DNA of 64,000 nucleotides from an uncultured Rickettsiales bacterium (GCA_964484565.1 CAZAGG010000001.1:107548-171547); one strand, 5' to 3'. Shown: positions 37,788-50,202, counted from the first letter of the stretch. The notes: generated by a model from the sequence alone, not told the origin. Program-made: numbers and translations.

Positions 37788-38660
37788 ATGCAGCAGGAGT
37801 TAAACAGCGTGGTAGAAGAAAAAGAATTGAAACAGTCTTTCCCTGTTGGAAATTTACTTAAGGGAAAGCGCGGTCTGATAATGGGCGTTGCAAACGAGCG
37901 CTCTATAGCATGGGCTATTTCACAAGCGGCTGCAGCTCAAGGCGCAGAGCTTGGCTTTACATATCAAGGTGAAGCACTTGAAAAAAGGGTAAGGCCACTT
38001 GCAAACTCTCTTAACTCTGATTTCCTCTGTCAGTGTGATGTTACTGATGCCGAAAGCGTCGATGTTGCTTTTAATGAGATTGAAAAAAAGTGGGGCGGTC
38101 TAGATTTTCTAGTTCATGCGATTGCTTATTCAGATAAGAATGAGCTTAAGGGTAAGTATGTTGATACCACGCAGGAAAATTTTCTGAACACTATGAATAT
38201 ATCATGCTATTCCTTTACATCGGTTGCCAGAAAGGCTTATCCGCTCATGAAAAACGGCGGAAGCATGATAACTCTGTCATATTATGGTGCGGAGAAAGTT
38301 ATGCCACATTATAACGTTATGGGCGTTGCAAAAGCCGCTCTTGAAGCGAGTGTAAGATATATTGCAGCTGATCTTGGTGAGTATGGAGTTAGAGTAAATG
38401 CAATTTCAGCAGGGCCTATGAAAACTCTTGCGGCATCAGGAATTGGCGATTTCCGTTATATCTTTAAGTGGAACGAGGCAAATGCTCCGCTTAAGAGAAA
38501 TACTACTATGGAAGATGTGGGCGGCGCGTCTGTATTTTTACTAAGCGAGCTTGGCTCTGGCACAACAGGCGAAGTTCTGCACGTTGATTCAGGTTATCAT
38601 GTTGTTGGTATGAAAAGGGTGGATGCTCCAGATATTACTATTGCAAAAAATGAATCATAA
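37788..38660 (+). CDS. fabI: Enoyl-[acyl-carrier-protein] reductase (NADH)
   Basis: LLKGKRGLIMGVANERSIAWAI, SYYGAEKVMPHYNVMGVAKAALE (catalytic Y/K) and ISAGPMKTLAASGI. Confidence 0.9.
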   Translation: MQQELNSVVEEKELKQSFPVGNLLKGKRGLIMGVANERSIAWAISQAAAAQGAELGFTYQGEALEKRVRPLANSLNSDFLCQCDVTDAESVDVAFNEIEKKWGGLDFLVHAIAYSDKNELKGKYVDTTQENFLNTMNISCYSFTSVARKAYPLMKNGGSMITLSYYGAEKVMPHYNVMGVAKAALEASVRYIAADLGEYGVRVNAISAGPMKTLAASGIGDFRYIFKWNEANAPLKRNTTMEDVGGASVFLLSELGSGTTGEVLHVDSGYHVVGMKRVDAPDITIAKNES

Positions 38661-38741
38661 TATTGTGTTTCGTGCTTGCAATGTGGATAATAATTTTCTA
38701 ACTTCGCGCCATATTTAATTAGATAAAAAGTATATTATAAA

Positions 38742-39308
38742 ATGAAGTTTTCAGAAAAAGCAGATATAAGCAAAAGGTATGCTATAGCAATTTTTGAGCT
38801 TGCTTCAGCACAGAAAAAAGTAGCGGAAGTTGAGGCTGAGCTGTCTAAGCTGGCTTCTCTCTACCTAGAAAGCAAGACGTTTAAAAACTTTTCCGAGAAT
38901 TTAACACTTAGCGTAAATGATTTAAAAAACGGCGTTACTGCTCTTGCAAAAAAGGCAAAATGCTCTGGTTTGCTTCAGGGGCTTTTATCTGTTCTTGCTG
39001 CAAATAGAAGGCTTGCTTTGATTCCAGAAATAAGCAGGCAATATCATCTTCTTGCTCTATCATCTAGGGGTGAGGTTGAGGCAGTTATTACTTCTGCTGC
39101 TGAATTGAAATCTAAAGAATTGGGAGCTTTAGTTGACGCCCTAGAGAAGGTGCTTAAACTAAAAGTTCAGCCTATCGCAAAAGTTGATAAGTCAATAATT
39201 GGCGGTCTTAAAGTTAGAGTTGGTTCTAGTGAGCTTGATTTATCGGTTGCAGCAAAACTTGACAAATTGCAGCAAACGTTGAAAAAAGGCATATCTGGAA
39301 CTTTATAG
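38742..39308 (+). CDS. atpH: F0F1 ATP synthase subunit delta (OSCP)
   Basis: 188 aa. [11 protein letters not shown]-terminus, [22 protein letters not shown]-terminus, and position upstream of atpA. Confidence 0.85.
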   Translation: MKFSEKADISKRYAIAIFELASAQKKVAEVEAELSKLASLYLESKTFKNFSENLTLSVNDLKNGVTALAKKAKCSGLLQGLLSVLAANRRLALIPEISRQYHLLALSSRGEVEAVITSAAELKSKELGALVDALEKVLKLKVQPIAKVDKSIIGGLKVRVGSSELDLSVAAKLDKLQQTLKKGISGTL

Positions 39309-39334
39309 AAATAAAAACAATCTCAGGAACAAAA

Positions 39335-40867
39335 ATGCAAATAAATCCTTCTGAAATATCAGAAATTCTCAAAAAACAGATTGAAAACTTTGACGATAAT
39401 GCAAGCCTCGAAGAGGTTGGAGAAGTTATATCAGTCGGTGATGGTATCGCTAGCATATACGGCCTTGAAAATGTTCAGGTTGGTGAAATGGTTGAGTTTG
39501 CAGGCGGCATTCGCGGCATGGCTTTAAACCTAGAGTCAAATAGCGTTGGTGCAGTTATTTTTGGTGATGACAGGTCGGTTAAAGAAGGCGACAGCGTTAA
39601 GAGAACCAAAACTATTGTTGATGTTCCTGTTGGAAAAGAACTTTTAGGAAGAGTTGTTGATGCTCTTGGAAATCCAATAGACGGCAAAGGCCCTATTAAA
39701 GCGAAAAAAAGAGCTAACGTAGAAGTTAAAGCTCCGGGAATCATTAAACGTCAGCCAGTTTCTGAGCCAATGCAAACAGGCATTAAAGCGATAGATACTC
39801 TAATTCCTATCGGACGTGGTCAGAGAGAGCTTATCATTGGCGATCGTCAGACAGGCAAAACTACGGTTGCAGTTGATGCTATTCTTAACCAAAAACAGCA
39901 TCATGCTGGCAAGGATGAAAGCAAAAAGCTCTATTGTATATATGTGGCGATTGGACAAAAACGTTCAACAGTTGCTCAGGTGGTTAAAAAGTTGGAAGAA
40001 TCTGGTGCTCTTGAATACACTATAGTTGTTGCGGCTACCGCTTCTGATCCTGCGCCTATGCAGTATCTGGCTCCATATACTGGTTGTGCGATGGGTGAAT
40101 TTTTCCGCGATAATGGAATGCACGCTTTGATTATATACGATGATTTATCTAAGCATGCTGTTGCTTATCGTCAGATGTCATTGCTACTTCGTCGTCCACC
40201 AGGGCGTGAAGCATATCCGGGTGATGTTTTCTATCTTCACTCTCGTTTACTTGAGCGTGCAGCTAAGATGTCTGATGAAGAAGGTGGTGGCTCGCTAACC
40301 GCACTTCCAATCATTGAAACTCAGGCAGGTGACGTTTCGGCTTATATTCCAACTAACGTAATTTCGATTACTGATGGTCAGATATTCCTTGAAACTGAAC
40401 TGTTCTATAAAGGTGTGCGCCCAGCGGTGAACGTTGGTCTTTCTGTTAGTCGTGTGGGATCAGCCGCGCAAATTAAGGCTATGAAACAAGTTGCTGGTAC
40501 AATTAAGTTAGAACTTGCACAGTTCCGTGAGATGGAGGCTTTTGCTCAGTTTGGTTCTGATCTAGATGCTGCCACAAGAAAATTGATTTCACGCGGGCAA
40601 AGATTGACAGAGCTTTTAAAACAGCCTCAGTTTTCTCCTTTATCAGTTGCCGAAGAAGTTTGCGTAATTTATGCAGGTGTTAAAGGTTATTTAGACAGTA
40701 TAGATACAGGCTCAGTTGGCCAGTTTGAGCAAGCTCTTTTGAGAGAGCTTCGTGGTTCATCAAGCTCAATTATTTCAAGCATCGAAAAAGAACAAAAATT
40801 GACTGATGCAACTGAAGCTGAACTTAAAAAGGTTATTGAGAAAACTGCTAAGGTGTTTGCGAAATAA
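39335..40867 (+). CDS. atpA: F0F1 ATP synthase subunit alpha
   Basis: Walker [37 protein letters not shown], 510 aa. Confidence 0.95.
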   Translation: MQINPSEISEILKKQIENFDDNASLEEVGEVISVGDGIASIYGLENVQVGEMVEFAGGIRGMALNLESNSVGAVIFGDDRSVKEGDSVKRTKTIVDVPVGKELLGRVVDALGNPIDGKGPIKAKKRANVEVKAPGIIKRQPVSEPMQTGIKAIDTLIPIGRGQRELIIGDRQTGKTTVAVDAILNQKQHHAGKDESKKLYCIYVAIGQKRSTVAQVVKKLEESGALEYTIVVAATASDPAPMQYLAPYTGCAMGEFFRDNGMHALIIYDDLSKHAVAYRQMSLLLRRPPGREAYPGDVFYLHSRLLERAAKMSDEEGGGSLTALPIIETQAGDVSAYIPTNVISITDGQIFLETELFYKGVRPAVNVGLSVSRVGSAAQIKAMKQVAGTIKLELAQFREMEAFAQFGSDLDAATRKLISRGQRLTELLKQPQFSPLSVAEEVCVIYAGVKGYLDSIDTGSVGQFEQALLRELRGSSSSIISSIEKEQKLTDATEAELKKVIEKTAKVFAK

Positions 40868-41745
40868 TGGCAAGTCTTAAAGATCTTAGAAACCGCATTA
40901 GAAGCGTTAAGGCAACACAGAAAATCACTAAAGCGATGAAGATGGTTGCCGCTAGCAAACTGCGTAGGGCGAGAGAAGCTGCAGAGTCTGCAAGACCATA
41001 TGCAGAAAGAATGGAGCGTATGCTTTCTGCCCTTTCTGCATCTATTGCCGATCCTTCTTCCGCTCCTCTGTTGCTTACAGGCAATGGAAAGGATGATACG
41101 CATCTTTTAATTATCGCAACGTCAGACAGAGGCTTGTGTGGGTCTTTCAATGGCAGCATAGTAAAGGCCGCAAGAAGAAGGTATGACGAACTTAAATTAG
41201 CTGGCAAAGCGGTGAAAATATTCTGCATAGGCAGAAAAGGCTATGAACTTTTAAGAAGAACGCATGGTTCTGCTATTATCGGCAAGATGGAAGATGTTAC
41301 AAAAGATAAGCCCAGCTTTGATTTAGCAAATGAGATTTCTGCAAAACTTTTGGAAATGTATGAAGCAGGTGAGTTTGATAAATGCACAGTCGTTTATAAT
41401 ACGTTTAAATCTGCAATTTCTCAAATTGTTACATTCAAGCAAGTTATTCCACTGAATATTGATGCAAGCGCAAAAGATGGCGGAACACTTCCAACTTATG
41501 AATATGAGCCAAAAGAAGAAGTTATATTAGACGAACTTTTACCAAAAAATCTTGCTATGCAGGTTTTCCACTCACTTCTTGAAAATTCGGCTAGTGAGCA
41601 AGGTGCCAGAATGACTGCTATGGATAACGCAACCAGAAACGCAGGTGATATGATTAAGAAACTTAATCTGGTTTACAACAGAACACGTCAGGCAGCTATT
41701 ACCAAAGAGCTTATTGAAATTATATCAGGAGCCGATGCGATATAG
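40867..41745 (+). CDS. atpG: F0F1 ATP synthase subunit gamma
   Basis: [34 protein letters not shown]-terminus and [16 protein letters not shown]-terminus. Confidence 0.92.
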   Translation: MASLKDLRNRIRSVKATQKITKAMKMVAASKLRRAREAAESARPYAERMERMLSALSASIADPSSAPLLLTGNGKDDTHLLIIATSDRGLCGSFNGSIVKAARRRYDELKLAGKAVKIFCIGRKGYELLRRTHGSAIIGKMEDVTKDKPSFDLANEISAKLLEMYEAGEFDKCTVVYNTFKSAISQIVTFKQVIPLNIDASAKDGGTLPTYEYEPKEEVILDELLPKNLAMQVFHSLLENSASEQGARMTAMDNATRNAGDMIKKLNLVYNRTRQAAITKELIEIISGADAI

Positions 41746-41746
41746 T

Positions 41747-42040
41747 ATGCTTACATTAGATGAAATCAGAGTTAATTATAAAAATCAGATAATTAGTTTA
41801 GCTGATAAGCATGGTTTTGATAATGTCAGAGTATTCGGTTCTTTTCTAAATGATGAGCAAAATCCAAACAGTGATATTGATTTTTTGGTATCAAGAAGAG
41901 CTTATGCGGGTCTTTGGGAGTTAGCAGGTTTATATAGTGATCTTGAAGAGCTGCTAAAAGTGAAGGTTGATTTGGTAACTGAGGGTGGATTAAGCAAATA
42001 TTTAAGAGATGATATTTTGAAACAAGCTCAGCCATTATGA
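41747..42040 (+). CDS. mntA: MNT-domain nucleotidyltransferase (MntA-type antitoxin)
   Basis: RVFGSFLNDEQNPNSDIDFLV is the minimal nucleotidyltransferase GSx(n)SDxDxLV motif. The preferred ATG at 41747 lies 1 nt after the atpG stop; the track start at 41714 overlaps atpG. Confidence 0.75.
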   Translation: MLTLDEIRVNYKNQIISLADKHGFDNVRVFGSFLNDEQNPNSDIDFLVSRRAYAGLWELAGLYSDLEELLKVKVDLVTEGGLSKYLRDDILKQAQPL

Positions 42041-42369
42041 ACAAAGATTATGTAAGATTACTACACATGCAAGAAGCAGTTTTGAATATATTAGACATTA
42101 CAAGAGATGACAGCAGAGATCTCAAGACAGAGCTTGCAGTTACTCGTTGTCTTGAAATTCTTGGAGAGGCAGCTAAGGGCGTATCACTTGAAACAAGGAT
42201 GAACTATCCAGAGATTCCATGGAAAAATATGATTGCGACTCGTAACTTATTAATCCATGAATATCATCGCGTTGAGCCAGCAACAGTGTGGGATATTGTG
42301 GAGAAAAAACTTCCGTATCTCAAAGAATCACTAGATAAAATAATTTCTGATATATCATCACAAAAATAA
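42037..42369 (+). CDS. hepT: HEPN-domain (DUF86) protein (HepT-type toxin)
   Basis: ATRNLLIHEYHRV contains the HEPN Rx4-6H catalytic motif. ATGA overlap with the MNT gene. 110 aa. Confidence 0.75.
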   Translation: MNKDYVRLLHMQEAVLNILDITRDDSRDLKTELAVTRCLEILGEAAKGVSLETRMNYPEIPWKNMIATRNLLIHEYHRVEPATVWDIVEKKLPYLKESLDKIISDISSQK

Positions 42370-42380
42370 TTAGACTATAA

Positions 42381-43901
<1,521 letters not shown>

Positions 43902-43903
43902 AC

Positions 43904-44299
43904 ATGTCCATAATTTTTGAACTAGTAACTCCAGAGAAATTATCTTATTCGTCACCTGTTGACATGGTAATCATACCAGGTGCAGAGGGCGAATTTGGTG
44001 TGATGGAAGGTCACGTTCCGATGATTGCTATGGTTACTTCTGGTGTTGTAGACATCTACATCGCAGATTCAATTAAAGAGCGTTTTTTCATAGCGGGCGG
44101 CTTTGCGGAAGTCACTAACGATAGATGCACAATGCTTGCAGAAGAATCCTATAAGCTATCTGAAGTTACAAGAGATATGGCGTTAGAGAAATTTGATCAG
44201 GCAAGCAAGATGCTAGAAAGAGCCAGAACAGATTCTCAAAAGAAAGTAGCAGAAAAATTCCTTGAATCATCGCAGGCTTTGCTTAATATACTTCAATAA
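43904..44299 (+). CDS. atpC: F0F1 ATP synthase subunit epsilon
   Basis: 131 aa. LVTPEK...PGAEGEFGVMEGHVPM N-domain, immediately after atpD. Confidence 0.9.
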   Translation: MSIIFELVTPEKLSYSSPVDMVIIPGAEGEFGVMEGHVPMIAMVTSGVVDIYIADSIKERFFIAGGFAEVTNDRCTMLAEESYKLSEVTRDMALEKFDQASKMLERARTDSQKKVAEKFLESSQALLNILQ

Positions 44300-44487
44300 G
44301 TGTATTGATATACATTGTCTTGGAGTCTTTGATGGATTTTAACATCGCTTCGTATGAGCTTGACCCACCTTACTTTAATGATGGTGAGGGAGTTTCCACT
44401 ATTTCTGCTGGATACTCAAAAATTGATCTTGGCAGAGGAAGTTTCACCAACCCTTGTTATGTCCTAGAAACACTATAATCCTTCGCA

Positions 44488-45624
44488 TCACTCTCCAGCG
44501 CAATCGCTAATTGCTATATTGCCATCTGATATTTTAAGAGATGATTTTCCCTCAATGACACTTAGCGCATATTTGCCGAAGAGTTCAAATCTCCATCCCT
44601 TCATAAACTTTACTAAGTACCTTTGCGTAGAATCTTGGGCGAAGGAATCTATCTCAGATGAATTTGCAATTATCGATGCGGGAATTTTATGATTAATCGC
44701 TATCTGCTTAAGCAGAGCCTTTAATAAATCGGACGCAGGAAGTGCTGGTTTCGGAGGAACATAAACAAAAGTTTTTTCACTGACAAGTCCAGTCTGAACT
44801 GCATCTATTATCTGCTTACCAAAACTCTTTATCTGCTTTTCTGTAAGTCTTGTTGTAGATTTCAAAGCATCTATGTCATTAGGCTTTTTAGATGCAATCT
44901 CGCAAACCAACTCATCTGCAATAATACGCTTGCGTGGAAGATTCCTCCGCATTGCCTCTATCTCGCGCCATTTTGCAACCTCTTGCAGAACCTTATGATT
45001 AACCTTAGCTTTGTTATCTATTTTTGCCTTTTTCCATGCATCTTCAGGAGAGCCATAATCTGGTTTGAAGTTTTTTATCTCTTCCATCTCCTCACTCATC
45101 CACTTGAATTTCTCAGAAGACCCTAACTTATCTGATAAAATCTTATGGATTTTATAAAGCAACGTAACTTCTCTCGCGGCATATTCCATTTGTTTTTGGC
45201 TAAGTGGCCTTTGCATCCAATCGGTATATTGTGAGCTTTTATCAACCTGTTCACCAAGTAGCGACTCTGCAAGTGAAGCGTAACTTACACTCTCGCCGTA
45301 TCCCAAAAACATTGCTGCAACCTGAGTGTCGAATATTGGATAAGGCACAATGCCAATCGCATTGTGAATAACCTCAATATCCTGCCTGCAAGAATGAATA
45401 GCTTTAACGATATTCTCATTAGCGAAAATTGGCTTTAAAGGTTCTAAATTCTCAATTTTTATAGTATCAATTACGGCTGTATTAACGCCATCAGAAATCT
45501 GAATCAAACACAGTTTAGGATAATAAAACTTCTCTCTAACAAACTCTGTATCAATAGCTAAAGTTTCTGCTGAAGATATCTTTGATAAAAATGAGTGTAG
45601 CTCGCTGTCGTTTTCTATAGTCAA
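44488..45624 (-). CDS. rnd: Ribonuclease D
   Basis: DEDD 3'-5' exonuclease motifs (LAIDTEF, HSCRQDIEV, EYAAREV) plus an HRDC-like C-terminal region. Confidence 0.85.
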   Translation of the reverse strand: MTIENDSELHSFLSKISSAETLAIDTEFVREKFYYPKLCLIQISDGVNTAVIDTIKIENLEPLKPIFANENIVKAIHSCRQDIEVIHNAIGIVPYPIFDTQVAAMFLGYGESVSYASLAESLLGEQVDKSSQYTDWMQRPLSQKQMEYAAREVTLLYKIHKILSDKLGSSEKFKWMSEEMEEIKNFKPDYGSPEDAWKKAKIDNKAKVNHKVLQEVAKWREIEAMRRNLPRKRIIADELVCEIASKKPNDIDALKSTTRLTEKQIKSFGKQIIDAVQTGLVSEKTFVYVPPKPALPASDLLKALLKQIAINHKIPASIIANSSEIDSFAQDSTQRYLVKFMKGWRFELFGKYALSVIEGKSSLKISDGNIAISDCAGE

Positions 45625-45695
45625 AATTTTTACACAAAATAATATTGTAACTGTAACACAAGACTTTTATAACAGTGAGAATCAATAAGTAAAGT

Positions 45696-46475
45696 TTGGC
45701 AATGAATCCTTTAGCAAAAATCGGTGCAGTTTTTCTTGGCTTCCTGTCTGCAACGGGCAGGTTATCAATTTTTACGTCTCATGCGATTGCAGCCTTCTTT
45801 CGCCCACCATATTACGGCAGGGTTATATCAAAGCAAATGTTTGAAATTGGCTATTATTCGCTACCATTAATTGGCCTTACAGCATTGTTTACAGGGGCAG
45901 TTCTTGCGCTTCAGAGCTATACAGGATTTGCAAGATTTAATGCGGAGGCTTCGATTGCAACTGTCGTTGTGCTTTCAATCACTAGAGAGTTAGGGCCAGT
46001 GCTTGCGGGCTTAATGATTTCTGGAAGAATCGGAGCCGCCATTGCCGCCGAAATTGGAACAATGCGTGTAACAGAACAAATTGATGCACTTACTACGTTA
46101 TCAACTAGTCCGTTTAGATATTTGATAATGCCAAGATTATTTGCGGGAATTGTTACCCTGCCCTTGTTAGTTTTAATAGCTGATATAATTGGAGTTTTTG
46201 GAGGGTATCTGGTGAGCATACACAAATTAGGTTTTTCACCAGGGGCTTATATTAAGAATACCTTCGAATTTTTAGAAGCGAAAGACGTTATCTCAGGCCT
46301 AGTTAAGGCTTCAGCATTTGGATTCATCGTAACACTAATGGGATGTTATCATGGATATAACTCAAAAGGTGGAGCGCAAGGGGTTGGTGCTGCAACCACA
46401 AATGCGGTTGTTTCATCATCAATTTTGATTTTAATTGCGAATTATCTAATAACTGAACTATTCTTTGCCAGATGA
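45696..46475 (+). CDS. mlaE: MlaE-family phospholipid ABC transporter permease
   Basis: LTRELGPVLAGLMISGRIGAAIAAEIGTMRVTEQIDAL is the MlaE signature. The start is TTG at 45696 or ATG at 45702. Confidence 0.85.
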   Translation: MAMNPLAKIGAVFLGFLSATGRLSIFTSHAIAAFFRPPYYGRVISKQMFEIGYYSLPLIGLTALFTGAVLALQSYTGFARFNAEASIATVVVLSITRELGPVLAGLMISGRIGAAIAAEIGTMRVTEQIDALTTLSTSPFRYLIMPRLFAGIVTLPLLVLIADIIGVFGGYLVSIHKLGFSPGAYIKNTFEFLEAKDVISGLVKASAFGFIVTLMGCYHGYNSKGGAQGVGAATTNAVVSSSILILIANYLITELFFAR

Positions 46476-47242
46476 ACAACAAGATTGAACTAAGCAACAT
46501 TGCAAAATCGTTTGGAACTAAAAAGGTTCTTGATGGTGTTACCCTATCTGTTGCCAAAGGGGAATCTCTTGTAGTAATTGGTGGTTCGGGAAGCGGAAAA
46601 TCGGTAATGCTAAAATCAATTCTCGGCATTATCGAGCCAGATTCTGGAAGCATAATTGTTGACGGTGAAGACATTACGCATATTAAAGGTCGTGGCCGTG
46701 AAAAACTCATGCATAAGTTTGGCATGTTATTTCAGGGTGGCGCACTCTTTGATAGTCTAAAAGTTTGGCAGAATATTTCTTTTGCACTTATTCATGTTAA
46801 GAAGATTAAACCGAAGGAGGCGAAAGATATTGCCGTTGAAAAGCTCGCAATGGTTGGGCTTGGGGCAGAAGTTGCCGATTTATACCCATCAGAATTATCT
46901 GGTGGAATGCAAAAAAGAGTTGCCCTTGCAAGAGCAATCGCCGCAAATGCCGAGATAATCTTCTTTGATGAGCCAACAACTGGTCTTGACCCTATAATGG
47001 CGGATGTGATTAACGATATCATCATCAAATGCACTCGTGAAAAGGGTCTTACCACAATCACAATCACTCATGATATGGCCAGTGCCAGAAAAATTGCCGA
47101 TAAAGTTGCAATGATATATAAAGGCAAAATTATATGGCAAGGCAGCGTTCCAGAGCTGGAAACAACAAGCAATGAATATGTTCAACAATTCGTTCACGGA
47201 AGAGCGGAAGGCCCAATTAAGATGGATCTCAAAAAGGCTTAA
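46472..47242 (+). CDS. mlaF: MlaF-like ABC transporter ATP-binding protein
   Basis: Walker A GGSGSGKS, signature LSGGMQKRVALARA, Walker B IIFFDEPT. ATGA overlap with mlaE. Confidence 0.85.
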   Translation: MNNKIELSNIAKSFGTKKVLDGVTLSVAKGESLVVIGGSGSGKSVMLKSILGIIEPDSGSIIVDGEDITHIKGRGREKLMHKFGMLFQGGALFDSLKVWQNISFALIHVKKIKPKEAKDIAVEKLAMVGLGAEVADLYPSELSGGMQKRVALARAIAANAEIIFFDEPTTGLDPIMADVINDIIIKCTREKGLTTITITHDMASARKIADKVAMIYKGKIIWQGSVPELETTSNEYVQQFVHGRAEGPIKMDLKKA

Positions 47243-48024
47243 TTATTATAAATCATTTTTATTGCTTGCCTATGAAGTTCTTGATTGGCGCAGGCTAAAA
47301 CATCGCCCGATGAATTAAAATCTAGCTCTGAACCTTGCCAGTCAGTTATAATTCCACCACTTGCCTTAATAATTGGAACTAGAGCTAAAAAGTCATATGG
47401 CTTTAGTCCACTTTCTATAACTATATCAATATTTCCATCGGCAAGTTGAGCGTAGTTATAAGCATCTCCACCATATAAATTATATTTTGAAGCATCTTTG
47501 AATTTGTTATAAATCGCGAGCTTATCAGCACTAAAGAGAAATGGAGACGTTGTTGCAGTAATTGCATCTTCAATTAGCTTAACATCGCTTGTTTTCTTTT
47601 TAATTGGCGCACCTATAGTAGCTAACCATCTTTCATTACTTATTGGCTGGCATATCATACCTAAAATTGGGGAGTTATTCTCTAATAATGCAATTAGGGT
47701 TGTAAATAGAGGCCTTCCTGAAATAAACGACATTGTACCATCTATCGGATCAATCACCCACTTGAAGCTGCTTTTATTGCTTACTTCTCCAAATTCTTCA
47801 CCGTAAATTGCATGATCTGGATAAACCTTCCTTATCTTTTCGCATATTCGACTTTCAATTTCCCTATCTGCAATGGTTACTGGGCTTTTATCTTGCTTGG
47901 AATCTATATTTCCAGCTTTGCGAAAGTATTTTGCCGAAACATCTACAGATATGTCTGCAAGGAGGTGTGCGAACTTCTCAAATTCAGTGTGGATAATTGG
48001 GTTAATCATATTGATAGCAGACAT
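47239..48024 (-). CDS. Inositol monophosphatase family protein (possibly HisN-type histidinol-phosphatase)
   Basis: GEEFG and WVIDPIDGTMSF motifs. This is a second IMPase paralogue besides suhB. The substrate cannot be told from sequence reading alone. Confidence 0.7.
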   Translation of the reverse strand: MSAINMINPIIHTEFEKFAHLLADISVDVSAKYFRKAGNIDSKQDKSPVTIADREIESRICEKIRKVYPDHAIYGEEFGEVSNKSSFKWVIDPIDGTMSFISGRPLFTTLIALLENNSPILGMICQPISNERWLATIGAPIKKKTSDVKLIEDAITATTSPFLFSADKLAIYNKFKDASKYNLYGGDAYNYAQLADGNIDIVIESGLKPYDFLALVPIIKASGGIITDWQGSELDFNSSGDVLACANQELHRQAIKMIYNN

Positions 48025-48062
48025 TATATAGTGTTAGACTGGAAACGGATATACATCATTTA

Positions 48063-49160
48063 GTGGCTGGTGGCATGATTGACAATAAAAATAATAGCAA
48101 AAATAAGGCAGCAGTGATTTCAAGATTTATAAAAACTAAAGCAGTAAAACAACTTAAAACTAGCGCAGTGGGCATAGAACACTTCAGAACCGTTAGTAAG
48201 TTAAAGTCAGAAATAGAGCTTCTCACTAATTATTCCTCAGACGCTATATATCGATTACGCTATTCTAATATGGAATATGACTATATCAGCCCATCTATCG
48301 AACGCTTGCTTGGCTATAGCGTGGAGGAGATGAAGAAAATAAATTTCCGTTCGCTAATTGTTGAAACTAAACTGGTAAGTGACGGCATGAAGAGCATTGA
48401 TTCTTATGACTCTCTCGAAAAAAACCGTATGAATAGAGAAGTTAACAAGTGGCAAGCTGATTACCGAATCAAAACAAAAAGCGGAGAAGAAGTTTGGGTT
48501 TCAGATATTTCTTATCCATGGCTTGATAAAAAAGGAAATATAATTGGCTCAATCGGTTGCCTGAGAGACATAAGCGACCGCGTTAGAGCTGAAGAATATG
48601 TTAGGGCTGAACTTGTAAGACTCGCAAACACAGATCAACTAACTGGGCTTTCTAATCGTCGCGCTTTCTTTAGTCGAATTGAAGATGAAATCAAACGCAC
48701 AAAACGAACAGGTCTTGATTTCTCAATGCTCATAATTGACATCGATCACTTTAAGCGCATAAATGATACATACGGCCACGATGTTGGAGATGCAGTTATA
48801 AATGAGATAGGGAAAATTATAACCGCAAGTCTTCGTGAAACTGACTTAGCTGCAAGAATTGGTGGAGAAGAATTTGGCGTTATACTGCCAGAAACTCCTA
48901 TTGATGGTGCATATTGGGTTGCAGAGCGCATTAGAAACGCCGTTTCTAAGTTCCGCTTCCAAATTAATAATCCGAATAATTACATTAAATGCACTGTTTG
49001 TGTTGGAATAGCTGATTACTCGGCTTCATTTTCAAGCAACGATAAGAACGCTGAATCAATTCCTGCCGAGTTATATAAAATTGCAGATACCCGCCTTTAT
49101 ATCGCAAAGAACACAGGCCGCAACCAAGTTTCAATGGATGAATTGGTTAGCTTTCACTAG
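48063..49160 (+). CDS. PAS-domain diguanylate cyclase (GGDEF)
   Basis: PAS-like region (aa about 50-175), then DQLTGLSNRRAF, DIDHFKRINDTYGH and the active-site RIGGEEFGVILPE. The start is GTG at 48063 or ATG at 48075. Confidence 0.85.
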   Translation: MAGGMIDNKNNSKNKAAVISRFIKTKAVKQLKTSAVGIEHFRTVSKLKSEIELLTNYSSDAIYRLRYSNMEYDYISPSIERLLGYSVEEMKKINFRSLIVETKLVSDGMKSIDSYDSLEKNRMNREVNKWQADYRIKTKSGEEVWVSDISYPWLDKKGNIIGSIGCLRDISDRVRAEEYVRAELVRLANTDQLTGLSNRRAFFSRIEDEIKRTKRTGLDFSMLIIDIDHFKRINDTYGHDVGDAVINEIGKIITASLRETDLAARIGGEEFGVILPETPIDGAYWVAERIRNAVSKFRFQINNPNNYIKCTVCVGIADYSASFSSNDKNAESIPAELYKIADTRLYIAKNTGRNQVSMDELVSFH

Positions 49161-49166
49161 TATTGC

Positions 49167-49290
49167 AGGTTTTAGGTTTTAGGCGTCAGAGAATTGCTAC
49201 AGTACCTTAGTTTTATTTGAGAGAAAATATTTGAGCATAATTAAATAAAGAGTGATGCCATCAGATACGCCAGAATCGCTATACATAGTT
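49167..49290. repeat. Degenerate, inverted copy of the 30114-30272 element (2x AGGTTTT tail plus shared core)
   Basis: AGGTTTT x2 at 49167-49180. TAGTTTTATTTGAGAG (49208-49223) is the exact reverse complement of 30214-30229. Further patchy similarity exists (GATGCCATCAGATA vs GACGCTATCAGATA). Confidence 0.45.
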
Positions 49291-49304
49291 GCTAAAATTC
49301 AAAA

Positions 49305-50060
49305 TCAATCAATACTTTGTAAGACAATATAATATATCTCCCATGTTAGGGGTAGATTTTTTTCTGCTGCAGATAGATTTGAATATTTAGAAGCATATAA
49401 CTTTTCAATCTCAGATAGCTTGTGTTTGCCTATATGCTTTATTTCCTGTCCACCCGCGCGCATTGAAGCGCCTGTCTTTTGTATACTTTTAAGAAGTTGG
49501 TGTAAATTGCTAAACTGTTGAATAATATGTTTAGTATCACTTTTCAGCATTTTGAATTGTGGGTGATTATAATCTTCTAATGGCAAATTTTGCTTAATTT
49601 TCAATTCATTGATAGAAGAAAGTTCTGGAAAATTATTTTCCCCCGTTACTGAAATGATTATCTTTCCATTCTTCTTTAAAACTCTTGCTGCTTCGCTTAG
49701 AAAAATGTTAATATCTTCACACCACTGAAGCGCAAGAGATGAGACTATAATATCAAATGAATCATCTTTGAAAGGCAACATCTCTATATCAGAGTTAATT
49801 GTAAGCCTGTTTTTAAGGCTTGCAATTTCACACATCGCAAACGATATATCGCATTGATATATGTTGGGAAAACTATGCCCCATTTCATTAAATATAAAAC
49901 CCGTTCCACATCCGCAGTCTAATATGCTTGGATTAATAGCATTTGCAGCATAAGAACTGGCTATTACAGCGGTTTCTTTCGCAACCATCTTTTGGATGTG
50001 CGCCGAGTCGTTATAAAACCTTGCCGCTCTTGAAAACGATTCTGAAACTCTGCTTTTCAT
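49305..50060 (-). CDS. Class I SAM-dependent methyltransferase, BioC-like
   Basis: FSRAARFYNDSAHIQ, ILDCGCGTGF and FDIIVSSLALQWCEDI resemble malonyl-ACP O-methyltransferase BioC. No other bio genes are nearby. Confidence 0.5.
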   Translation of the reverse strand: MKSRVSESFSRAARFYNDSAHIQKMVAKETAVIASSYAANAINPSILDCGCGTGFIFNEMGHSFPNIYQCDISFAMCEIASLKNRLTINSDIEMLPFKDDSFDIIVSSLALQWCEDINIFLSEAARVLKKNGKIIISVTGENNFPELSSINELKIKQNLPLEDYNHPQFKMLKSDTKHIIQQFSNLHQLLKSIQKTGASMRAGGQEIKHIGKHKLSEIEKLYASKYSNLSAAEKNLPLTWEIYYIVLQSID

Positions 50061-50202
50061 CTACTAAATATACAATTTGCGCAATTAAATATAAGGAATT
50101 ATAAGAAAATATAAAAAAAGTCTGGAAAATTTAAAAATCTTCGCTATAAGCAATCCCTCTTATATGAAGTTATGTAATAGATACAAGTCTGAAAGGTTTT
50201 AA

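Noticed and set aside
41714-41746. MNT gene start at 41714, overlapping atpG by 32 nt.
   Set aside because: An ATG at 41747, immediately after the atpG stop, gives a protein of the normal MNT size (98 aa). The earlier start adds non-conserved residues. This remains uncertain.
44332-44478. 48-aa ORF (MDFNIASYELDPPYFNDGEGV...) in the atpC-rnd spacer.
   Set aside because: There is no convincing RBS or recognisable motif, and it is short. It cannot be supported from sequence alone, though it could be rechecked with conservation or Ribo-seq data.
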